Below, in pieces: positions 33,705 to 41,300 of a DNA stretch of 64,000 nucleotides. Source of the stretch: Candidatus Daviesbacteria bacterium. Lineage in GTDB: Bacteria > Patescibacteriota > Microgenomatia > Daviesbacterales > UBA10151. The notes under the pieces are model-generated. The model was not told where the DNA came from, did not search any database, and saw only the letters and a list, made by a program, of their open reading frames with translations. Every line of letters starts with the position of its first letter. The stretch's first letter is position 1. The stretch spans positions 2,317 through 66,316 of the forward strand of contig JACPEW010000006.1 of assembly GCA_016183305.1 (NCBI GenBank). The letters run 5' to 3'. Made by a program: the position numbers and the translations under genes.

Positions 33705-35798
33705 ATGAATTTAAAAACTCCTTTATCCAGTTTAACTGGAATTGGCCTAGGGCTTAATTTTAAGCTTAAAAGGTTGAACTTAATTACCATTGAGGATTTA
33801 GTCTATTATTTTCCTTTCAGGTATGAAGATTTTTCTAATAATACCTCTGCTTTAGAAGCTAAAATAGGGGAGTCTGTTACCCTGCAGGGTGAAATTTGGT
33901 CTATTCAAAACATTTATACCAGGTCCAGGAAAATTATTACTAAAGCTATTTTTAATGATGGCACCTCACCTATAGAGCTAACCTGGTTTAACTCATCCTG
34001 GCTAACAAAACAAATTAAAACAGGGGACAGACTGCAAATCTCAGGAAAGATCAGTAAATATAAAAACAAGCTTTCCATCATAGCCCCGCGATGGGAAAGG
34101 CTTGACAGCGAAAAACAGCTTCCCACATCGGAAGTGGGAACGCAGATTCATACAGGCAGATTGGTACCTGTTTATCCTGAAACAGAAGGTTTATCTTCTA
34201 AATGGCTAAGAACTAAAATTTCCCAAACCTTACCTCATATTTTAAATCAAATAGAAGATTCCTTACCTGATGATATTAGAAAAGCAATGTTGCCTTTAAC
34301 AGAGGCTATACAGCAAGTCCATTTTCCCAAAAACTGGCAAGAGGCAGAAAAAGCCAGGGAAAGGTTAGGCTTTGATGAGCTGTTTTTTATCTCCTTAGCT
34401 ACTCAAAAAGCCAGGTTAAATTGGCAACAGAAACCTTTGGTTAAACCCTTAAAAATAAATTCTACAAAATTAAACCAGTTTATAAACAAGCTGCCCTTTA
34501 AATTAACTGCTGCCCAAGAAAAAGTCTTACAAGATGTAATAGCTGATTTAAAGAAAAACCAGCCAATGAACAGGTTAATCCAAGGTGAAGTAGGATCTGG
34601 AAAAACAGTAGTGGCTGCAATTATTGCTTACCTAACTTATCTTAATGGCTTAAAAACACTATTCATGGCTCCGACTGAAATCCTAGCTTTCCAACATTTT
34701 GAGACTCTTAAGAAATTCCTTGAACCATTTGGAATTACAATGGGGATATATACAGGGAGCAAAAAGGATTTAGTGACTAGTGACAAGAGTCAAGAATCAA
34801 GAAAGAAACCCCCTCACTTGACTCTAGCGGCTAGCGGCCACCCCGATACTATAATTGGCACTCATGCCTTACTTTCACCCAAATTAAACCTGGAAGATAC
34901 CGGGCTAATTATAGTAGATGAGCAACAACGCTTTGGAGTGGGACAAAGAACTGTACTTAGATCCAAAGCCAGAGTCCCACACTTTTTAACCATGACTGCT
35001 ACCCCTATCCCTAGGACTATTGCCTTGACCATTTATGGAGATTTAGATATGTCTGTAATCGATGAGTTGCCAAGAGGACGCCGGATGGTCAAAACCTATG
35101 TGGTGCCAGAAAAGAAAAGAGCTGATTCATATAAATTTATTGCCAAAAAAGTAAAAGAGGGCGGTCAAGCCTATATCATCACTCCTTTAATAGAACCCTC
35201 AGAAACTTTAGCCACTGTTAAAGCAGTTAAGGTAGAGTTTGAGAACTTAAAAAAGGTTTTCCCTGATTTAAAACTAGGCTTGCTTCATGGCAGGATGAAA
35301 GGAGCAGAAAAAGCTCAAGCAATCAAAAGCTTCCGTTTGGGACAAACAGATATTTTAGTTTCTACTTCTGTAGTTGAAGTTGGAATGGATAATCCCAATG
35401 CCACAATTATAGTTATTGAAGGAGCAGAAAGGTTTGGCTTGGCCCAGCTTCATCAACTAAGAGGCAGGGTAGGAAGAGGCTATAAAGAGTCTTTCTGTTT
35501 GCTTTATACCTCTAATTCTTCAATTGATGAGGGCAGAAGACTAAAGTATCTAGAAACTACTTTTGATGGTTTAAGATTGGCAGAGCTGGATTTAAAAATC
35601 AGAGGTTCAGGACAAATCTTTGGTACTGCCCAGTCAGGCAGGTTTGAGCTTAAAATAGCTTCTTTTTCTAACCTAAGCTTACTAGAAAAAACCAAAGATG
35701 CTGCTTTTAAACTACTCTCTTCAGATCCAGGTCTTGACAAATACCCTGTAATCAAGGCAAAATTACAGGATATCGCATCAGAAGTGATGCCTGATTAA
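33705..35798 (+). CDS. recG: ATP-dependent DNA helicase RecG
   Basis: Wedge/OB N-terminus, GEVGSGKT, DEQQRFGV, TATPIPRT, HGRM, QLRGRVGRG; start set at ATG 33705. Confidence 0.92.
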   Translation: MNLKTPLSSLTGIGLGLNFKLKRLNLITIEDLVYYFPFRYEDFSNNTSALEAKIGESVTLQGEIWSIQNIYTRSRKIITKAIFNDGTSPIELTWFNSSWLTKQIKTGDRLQISGKISKYKNKLSIIAPRWERLDSEKQLPTSEVGTQIHTGRLVPVYPETEGLSSKWLRTKISQTLPHILNQIEDSLPDDIRKAMLPLTEAIQQVHFPKNWQEAEKARERLGFDELFFISLATQKARLNWQQKPLVKPLKINSTKLNQFINKLPFKLTAAQEKVLQDVIADLKKNQPMNRLIQGEVGSGKTVVAAIIAYLTYLNGLKTLFMAPTEILAFQHFETLKKFLEPFGITMGIYTGSKKDLVTSDKSQESRKKPPHLTLAASGHPDTIIGTHALLSPKLNLEDTGLIIVDEQQRFGVGQRTVLRSKARVPHFLTMTATPIPRTIALTIYGDLDMSVIDELPRGRRMVKTYVVPEKKRADSYKFIAKKVKEGGQAYIITPLIEPSETLATVKAVKVEFENLKKVFPDLKLGLLHGRMKGAEKAQAIKSFRLGQTDILVSTSVVEVGMDNPNATIIVIEGAERFGLAQLHQLRGRVGRGYKESFCLLYTSNSSIDEGRRLKYLETTFDGLRLAELDLKIRGSGQIFGTAQSGRFELKIASFSNLSLLEKTKDAAFKLLSSDPGLDKYPVIKAKLQDIASEVMPD
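34116..34145 (+). repeat. R1 REP hairpin inside recG
   Basis: CAGC TTCCCAC ATCGGAA GTGGGAA CGCAG; reads QLPTSEVGTQ. Confidence 0.8.
34773..34841 (+). repeat. R3 heptamer arrays inside recG
   Basis: GTGACTA GTGACAA GAGTCAA GAATCAA GAAAGAA ... CTTGACT CTAGCGG CTAGCGG CCAC; reads VTSDKSQESRKKPPHLTLAASGH. Confidence 0.7.
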
Positions 35799-35905
35799 TC
35801 GGACCGGAGATCAAAATAATTATAATGGATAAAGAATTATTTTGATCGAGGGAGACCGCTTACAAAAAGGATCTAAATGATCATTTTTGACAAGGGCAGA
35901 CGAAA
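35799..35905 (+). repeat. R5 element copy 2 (between recG stop and rpmF)
   Basis: TCGGACCGGAG, 13-bp hairpin GATCAAAATAATT/AATTATTTTGATC, GGGAGACCGCTT, hairpin CAAAAAGGATC-TAAAT-GATCATTTTTG, ACAAGG. Confidence 0.55.
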
Positions 35906-35918
35906 CCAAGAAGAAGCT

Positions 35919-36113
35919 ATGGCAGGAGAACCAAAGAGAAGACATTCTAAAGCGCGCAAGCGGACCAGAAGAGCTGCTATTAACTTAGCAGTGAATTTAG
36001 TATCTTGCAGGAACTGCGGCAAATTAACTTTGCCTCACACAGTTTGTAGGGAGTGTGGTTTTTATGCAGGAGAAACTGTTACAAAAGAGAAAGTCAAAGT
36101 AACAAAAGCTTAA
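35919..36113 (+). CDS. rpmF: ribosomal protein L32 (zinc-ribbon form)
   Basis: MAGEPKRRHSKARKRTRR; CRNC...CREC. Confidence 0.88.
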   Translation: MAGEPKRRHSKARKRTRRAAINLAVNLVSCRNCGKLTLPHTVCRECGFYAGETVTKEKVKVTKA

Positions 36114-36127
36114 TTCTGAGTCCTCTC

Positions 36128-36493
36128 ATGAAAACAGCAAAAGACCCAAGACACCTCAAAAGAATCAAACTCATGCAAGCTCTATTTTCCTGGCAATTTA
36201 GATCTGGTAAAAAACCAACTAAAAAGTTAGAACCAATAACTTCTAATTTATCAGAGATTGATAAATTAATTGGCAAGTGCGCTCCGGACAGGCCAATTAC
36301 TGAAATTAACAAGGTTGATTTATCTATCTTGCGTTTAGCAGTTTTTGAGTTAATAATAGATAAAGGGGCACCACCAAAAGTGGTAATTGATGAGGCTGTA
36401 GAATTGGGTAAGGAATATGGTTCTGATTCCAGCTCTAGTTTTATTAATGGAGTATTAGGTAAATTAGTAGAAATCAAAAAGATAAAAACTTAA
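36128..36493 (+). CDS. nusB: transcription antitermination factor NusB
   Basis: DPRHLKRIKLMQALF..., ILRLAVFEL, VVIDEAVELGKEYG, FINGVLGKL; start set at ATG 36128. Confidence 0.85.
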   Translation: MKTAKDPRHLKRIKLMQALFSWQFRSGKKPTKKLEPITSNLSEIDKLIGKCAPDRPITEINKVDLSILRLAVFELIIDKGAPPKVVIDEAVELGKEYGSDSSSSFINGVLGKLVEIKKIKT

Positions 36494-36496
36494 ATT

Positions 36497-36736
36497 ATGA
36501 CTGATACAGATGTTAAAGTTGTACAAATTATTGCAGAATATTTAGGTCTTTCTCCTGAAGATATAGACAGGCATGCTCTTTTAAGGGAAGAGCTTAATCT
36601 GGGTCCAATCGAGCTGCATGATTTGCTGACAGAATTATCACAAAAGTTTAATGTTACTTTTGATGATGTGGATATGGAGGATTTAAAAAAAGTTGATGAT
36701 TTAATTGTTTTGATTGAGGATAATTTATTAGACTGA
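36497..36736 (+). CDS. acyl-carrier-protein-like protein lacking the conserved Ser
   Basis: 79-aa four-helix ACP pattern and conserved position upstream of rnc. The DSL motif position reads LGPIEL. Confidence 0.6.
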   Translation: MTDTDVKVVQIIAEYLGLSPEDIDRHALLREELNLGPIELHDLLTELSQKFNVTFDDVDMEDLKKVDDLIVLIEDNLLD

Positions 36737-37431
36737 TGGAAGAAAAAAAATTTACTAATCTCCTTAAACTTCTAGATTTAGAATTTAAAAATTCACAACT
36801 TCTCCAACAAGCTTTTTTACACCGGTCTTATTTAAATGAAGTAAAGGTTAATTTGCTTTCTAATGAACGCTTGGAATTTCTAGGAGATTCTGTTTTATCC
36901 CTTGCAGTGTCTTCTTATCTATACTGTTTAAGGATTCAAGACACTGAAGGAGAATTAACAAACTTAAGAGCTTATATAGTCAAAACCAAATCCTTAGCAG
37001 AAGCTGCAAAAAGATTAGATTTAGGTAGTTATTTAAGTTTATCTAAAGGAGAAGAACTTTCCGGCGGTAGGGATAACCCACAACTTCTTGCAAATACTTA
37101 CGAAGCATTGTTGGGAGCAATTTTTTTGGACCAAGGCATAGAAGCAGTCAAAAAAGTGATTGATAAAACTTTGCTGTCATTTTTTACCAGTGAGGTTAAA
37201 TCAGGTCCGCCAAAAGATGCCAAATCAAACTTACAAGAAATAGTCCAACAAAAGTTCAAACAATCACCAAACTATAGAATCTTACAAACCAAAGGACCAG
37301 ACCATGCCAAGCAGTTCACTGTTGCTGTCTATATTGGAGGCAAGGAAATAGGCAGAGGCGCAGGCAACAGTAAACAAGTTGCAGAAGAGCAAGCAGCAAA
37401 TCTAGCTTTATCCCGGTTAGACCGGGATTGA
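36736..37431 (+). CDS. rnc: ribonuclease III
   Basis: ERLEFLGDSVL signature, C-terminal dsRBD. Confidence 0.92.
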   Translation: MEEKKFTNLLKLLDLEFKNSQLLQQAFLHRSYLNEVKVNLLSNERLEFLGDSVLSLAVSSYLYCLRIQDTEGELTNLRAYIVKTKSLAEAAKRLDLGSYLSLSKGEELSGGRDNPQLLANTYEALLGAIFLDQGIEAVKKVIDKTLLSFFTSEVKSGPPKDAKSNLQEIVQQKFKQSPNYRILQTKGPDHAKQFTVAVYIGGKEIGRGAGNSKQVAEEQAANLALSRLDRD

Positions 37432-37463
37432 CTTAAATTCTTCTTACAGATATACTTAACCAC

Positions 37464-37832
37464 ATGTTAAAAATCCGTTTAATGAGAATCGGAACAAACA
37501 AACAACCATTCTACCGGGTGGTAGTGGTTAACGGGCGTTCAAAAAGAACTGGTGCTTATGTGGAATTATTAGGCACATATAATCCTTTAACAGAACCAAA
37601 AGATATAAAACTTAAACAAGACAGGATTGATCATTGGATAAAACAAGGAGCACAACCTTCTACTGGATATTTAAGGATGCTTGGCAAAGCTCCACAAAGA
37701 CCACCAAGAAAGCCTAAGAAAGAAAAGAAAGAGTCTTCAGCCGCCAGTCCTCAGTCATCAGACAGTCAAGTTAAAGAATTAACTGAAATACCTGCCGGAG
37801 AAACTAAAGAGGAGAATAAGTCTGAAAGCTAA
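37464..37832 (+). CDS. rpsP: ribosomal protein S16 with Lys/Ser-rich C-terminal tail
   Basis: MLKIRLMRIGTNKQPFYRVVV. Confidence 0.9.
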   Translation: MLKIRLMRIGTNKQPFYRVVVVNGRSKRTGAYVELLGTYNPLTEPKDIKLKQDRIDHWIKQGAQPSTGYLRMLGKAPQRPPRKPKKEKKESSAASPQSSDSQVKELTEIPAGETKEENKSES

Positions 37833-38116
37833 TGGCTGAAAGCTATATGAAGGATCTGCTTAATTTCATTATCACCAGTTTAGTATCCAAACCAGGAGCT
37901 GTCTTAATCGAAGAACAACAAGCAGAGGGAACAATCAACCTTAACTTAACAGTTGATCCCTCAGATATGGGCCTTATTATTGGTAAAGGCGGTCAAACTA
38001 TCAGAGCTATCCGGAAGTTATTAACAGTCAGGGCAATTGCTGAAAATGTTAGGGTGAATTTGCAGTTAACTGAACCCCAAGGGGTAACAAGTACAGAAGT
38101 AACAAGTGACAAGTAA
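37832..38116 (+). CDS. KH-domain RNA-binding protein (KhpA/YlqC-like)
   Basis: IIGKGGQTIRAIRKLL; conserved position between rpsP and trmD; last ~11 codons come from an R3 hairpin arm. Confidence 0.8.
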   Translation: MAESYMKDLLNFIITSLVSKPGAVLIEEQQAEGTINLNLTVDPSDMGLIIGKGGQTIRAIRKLLTVRAIAENVRVNLQLTEPQGVTSTEVTSDK

Positions 38117-38151
38117 TACTTATTATCTTTACTGTACTAGTTACTTGTTAC
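38084..38151. repeat. R3 heptamer-array hairpin (GTAACAA / TTGTTAC units)
   Basis: GTAACAAGTACAGAAGTAACAAGTGACAAGTAATA ... TACTGTACTAGTTACTTGTTAC; spans the KH stop codon and ends 2 nt before the trmD ATG. Confidence 0.7.
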
Positions 38152-38152
38152 T

Positions 38153-38905
38153 ATGAGGATCTCTATCATCACTTTATTTCCAGAAGTTTTTGAACCAATT
38201 TTAAATTCTTCTATTCTTAAAAGGGCTCAAAACAAAGGTTTGGTAGAATTTGAGCTTATTAATCTGCGCCCATTTGGTGAAGGCAAACACCAAGTTGTGG
38301 ATGATAGGCCATATGGCGGGGGAGCAGGCATGGTACTTAAGGCTAACGTGTTGGCTAAAGCATTAAAATCGGTCTACCGTTTTCCGGCTACCGGCTACCG
38401 CAAAAGCAGAAGACAGAAGACTATAGACAGAAGTCAAATTGTCCTCACTTCAGCCTCAGGAGCTCAATATAAACAATCCAAAGCTAGAGAATTTTCTAAT
38501 TCCGGTCATCTAATCATAGTCTGCGGGCATTATGAAGGGATAGATCAGAGATTTATTGATAAATATGTGGATGAAGAAATTTCTATAGGGGACTATGTCT
38601 TAACCGGAGGAGAGATTCCTGCCATGGTGATTGTTGATTCTATCACCAGGCTTATCCCAGGTGTCCTGGAAAAACCGGAAGCAGTTGAAGAAGAATCCTT
38701 TTCTATAACCTATAACCTACAACCTACAACCTTACTAGAATACCCGCATTACACCAGACCTGAAGAATTTGAAGGAGAAAAAGTCCCAGAAATTTTACTT
38801 TCTGGCAACCATGCCCAAATCAAAAAATGGCAGACCCAAAAGTCTCTTGAAAAAACCAAAAAAATCAGGCCTGATTTATTAAAAAGTCTTACTCAAAAGG
38901 GTTAG
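38153..38905 (+). CDS. trmD: tRNA (guanine37-N1)-methyltransferase with two heptamer-array inserts
   Basis: VDDRPYGGGAGMV, CGHYEGIDQR, IGDYVLTGGEIPAMV, HYTRP, LLSGNHAQI. Confidence 0.92.
   Translation: MRISIITLFPEVFEPILNSSILKRAQNKGLVEFELINLRPFGEGKHQVVDDRPYGGGAGMVLKANVLAKALKSVYRFPATGYRKSRRQKTIDRSQIVLTSASGAQYKQSKAREFSNSGHLIIVCGHYEGIDQRFIDKYVDEEISIGDYVLTGGEIPAMVIVDSITRLIPGVLEKPEAVEEESFSITYNLQPTTLLEYPHYTRPEEFEGEKVPEILLSGNHAQIKKWQTQKSLEKTKKIRPDLLKSLTQKG
38374..38435 (+). repeat. R3 heptamer arrays inside trmD (CTACCGG and GACAGAA units)
   Basis: CTACCGT TTTCCGG CTACCGG CTACCGC ... AGCAGAA GACAGAA GACTATA GACAGAA; reads YRFPATGYRKSRRQKTIDRS. Confidence 0.7.
38705..38732 (+). repeat. R3 tandem heptamers inside trmD
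   Basis: ATAACCT ATAACCT ACAACCT ACAACCT; reads ITYNLQPTT. Confidence 0.8.
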
Positions 38906-39602
38906 ATTTACCTCTTGGGGAAACAGGTTGTTCAACTGGTTGTACAGTGGAAGAACCCCGTTCTGCCTCAACTGTACTTGCTAAAGAGGCTAGTAATCCT
39001 TCTTCTTGTTGAGTCAACTGAGACAAAGGAGCATCTACAGTCCCAAAGCTTTGAGGTACAGAGGAATACAAAGCATCCAGTGTAAGCGAGGCGTCTATAG
39101 TTTGAAAAGCCTGATTTGTTGAAACATCAATGCTGCTTACCCTAATTAAACGGAGCGAGTTGTCTAGGTTATTTAGTAAAGTCTGGAATAAAACCTTAAC
39201 ACCCTTAACTTGCAACTTCACTGAGTAGCTATTAGTTTCTGCCAGCTTACTTCCACTCTCTCCTAAAGAAATTGACACTACACTAAATCCAGATTGAGCT
39301 GTCAGTTGTTGCAATAATCCTAGAATATTTCCAAAATCTTTTTCCTGGGGAAAAACACTTAAGGTATTTTCTACCTGTTGGGACAAATCATTATTACTGT
39401 AGTCTTCCAAAATAGAAGCTTTTGTTTCTAAAAACTTAGACTTATTTAAAAGATCACTGGCTACTTTTTGATTATCTAATAATTTGGTTGTTTGCGGTAT
39501 TATGGCAAAAACTATTAAAAATAGGCTTGATAAAGCAACAACAGCTGGAAAGATAAAAAGTTTATATGCTTGATAAAATTTAAGTAATTCTTCTTTTTTC
39601 AT
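38889..39602 (-). CDS. PilO-like pilus assembly protein
   Basis: Single N-terminal TM plus coiled coil; follows pilM-pilN. Confidence 0.45.
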   Translation of the reverse strand: MKKEELLKFYQAYKLFIFPAVVALSSLFLIVFAIIPQTTKLLDNQKVASDLLNKSKFLETKASILEDYSNNDLSQQVENTLSVFPQEKDFGNILGLLQQLTAQSGFSVVSISLGESGSKLAETNSYSVKLQVKGVKVLFQTLLNNLDNSLRLIRVSSIDVSTNQAFQTIDASLTLDALYSSVPQSFGTVDAPLSQLTQQEEGLLASLASTVEAERGSSTVQPVEQPVSPRGKSNPFE

Positions 39603-40144
39603 GGGCTGACTTTAAAACTTACCCTATATAAACCATCTCTGCCCCGATTAAGGCTGTCTACAGAAACTTGACTAATTTTGCCGTCATTATTTTCTTTTAT
39701 AGTCAGGTTGTTAATTAACTCATCTAGGCTAGCGCTATCAGGAGTTAAGGCTAAAAATACTACCCGGCCTGTTTTATCTACAGTTATAGCATTTATTACA
39801 ACAGAAGAAGGTGTTAATTTCTCAATTAACTGATACATCAAAGACTGCTTAGATAACACTCCAAAATATCCGTTAATAATCTTTAATCTATCTTTTAGCA
39901 AAATTAGAGATGCTTGGGTATTTTTAAAACCCGAAACTTGCTGTTCCGCTTGAGCTACTTTAGCAGAAACTTCAGTAATATTACGGCTCTGTAATATCCT
40001 CAAAACAGTAGTTAAAGAGGCCAAAAAAACCATAATCAAAATAATTACTATTCCTGCTGCTTGTATTTTATAAAATTTAGTTCTTTTAATTTCTGCCTGG
40101 ATAATCTCCGAAGGCAATAAATTAATCCTTAAACTGCTAGCCAT
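39599..40144 (-). CDS. pilN: PilN-like pilus assembly protein
   Basis: RINLLPSEI N-terminal motif, single TM. Confidence 0.6.
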   Translation of the reverse strand: MASSLRINLLPSEIIQAEIKRTKFYKIQAAGIVIILIMVFLASLTTVLRILQSRNITEVSAKVAQAEQQVSGFKNTQASLILLKDRLKIINGYFGVLSKQSLMYQLIEKLTPSSVVINAITVDKTGRVVFLALTPDSASLDELINNLTIKENNDGKISQVSVDSLNRGRDGLYRVSFKVSP

Positions 40145-40148
40145 AAAT

Positions 40149-41204
40149 TTAATCCTCCCTTAGAGCTAACCCTGCTGCAACTGAATAAAAGGAAGCATCC
40201 TGCGCCAGCTTTGGAGCCATAGCTTTATCTTTAATAATTGAAAACCAAGGATCAGCTTCTTGTACTTCTAGTCCTAACATATTAGCAAGATAAATCACCA
40301 AACCAGGCATTTTTGCTCCTCCTCCTGACAAAACAACCCTTTTGATGGGACTTTGAGGATATTTGGTAGCAAAAGCCTGAATTACTCTTTTACCTTCACC
40401 GGCAATAATATCCATTACTGGCTTTAAAGCTTCAAACACTTTTCCTTCCAGTTGATCTTCCAGTAATCCATAAATTTTTTTATATTGCTCTGCCTGATTT
40501 ACTTCAAAATTAAAATGTTGGGCCAAAGAACGGGTTAAAACCATGCCTCCAGTGGAAATTGAACGGGTAAACCAAATTAATCCTTTTGAGACAGCAGCAA
40601 AATCAGTAGTCTGCGCCCCAAGCTGCATAATTAAAGTACTAGGAGAGAAGGGATTACTTCCAACCAAAGATCTTGCAACTGCAATTATTTCTGTTTCTAA
40701 AGCTTTAGGCCTTAGTCCGGCTAATTCTAATACTCTCATATACTTTGCTACCTCATGTTTAGGAGAAGCAATAACTAGCACTACTGTTTTTGTATCTTTA
40801 CCCCTAGTTTCAGATCTTACTAATACCTGCCAGTTTAAATTAACATCCAGTAAAGGCATTGGTATAAATTCCTCTGCAGCATAACGGATTGCAGACGAAA
40901 GCTCATCATCAGTAAGATATGGTAAATCATCAATTACTCTAGTAAAAACCTTTGATTCAGGCAAGGCCATAATTACTTCTTTTTCATTAATTCCAGTTGC
41001 CTGCAATAGTCTTTTAATAGCATTTGCCAGATTTTCTAAATCCTCCTCAGTATCTGAAACGATTCCAGGCCGGGGAGAGGGAATTGAACCTAAAGAATTA
41101 ATCTTAAAATGATCTCCCTCTTTTGAGAGTGACACAACTTTAATTGAAGAAAAACCAATATCTAAGCCAACAGTAGTTTTGGACATTATATCTATTGTAA
41201 CCAC
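40149..41204 (-). CDS. pilM: type IV pilus assembly ATPase-fold protein PilM
   Basis: Actin-like fold motifs VGLDIGFSSIKVV, VVLSGGGAKMPGL; start may be ATG 41186. Confidence 0.75.
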   Translation of the reverse strand: MVTIDIMSKTTVGLDIGFSSIKVVSLSKEGDHFKINSLGSIPSPRPGIVSDTEEDLENLANAIKRLLQATGINEKEVIMALPESKVFTRVIDDLPYLTDDELSSAIRYAAEEFIPMPLLDVNLNWQVLVRSETRGKDTKTVVLVIASPKHEVAKYMRVLELAGLRPKALETEIIAVARSLVGSNPFSPSTLIMQLGAQTTDFAAVSKGLIWFTRSISTGGMVLTRSLAQHFNFEVNQAEQYKKIYGLLEDQLEGKVFEALKPVMDIIAGEGKRVIQAFATKYPQSPIKRVVLSGGGAKMPGLVIYLANMLGLEVQEADPWFSIIKDKAMAPKLAQDASFYSVAAGLALRED

Positions 41205-41212
41205 AAATGAAT

Positions 41213-41298
41213 TTAAAATTCAAAATGCAAAATTCAAAATTACAATTTAAAAGTTAAGAGTGTTAAAAACTTTTGAATTTTGACTTGTATTTTTGACT
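41213..41298. repeat. R3 heptamer-array hairpin (AAAATTC / GAATTTT units)
   Basis: AAAATTCAAAATGCAAAATTCAAAATTACAATTT ... CTTTTGAATTTTGACTTGTATTTTTGAC. Confidence 0.6.
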
Positions 41299-41300
41299 TT

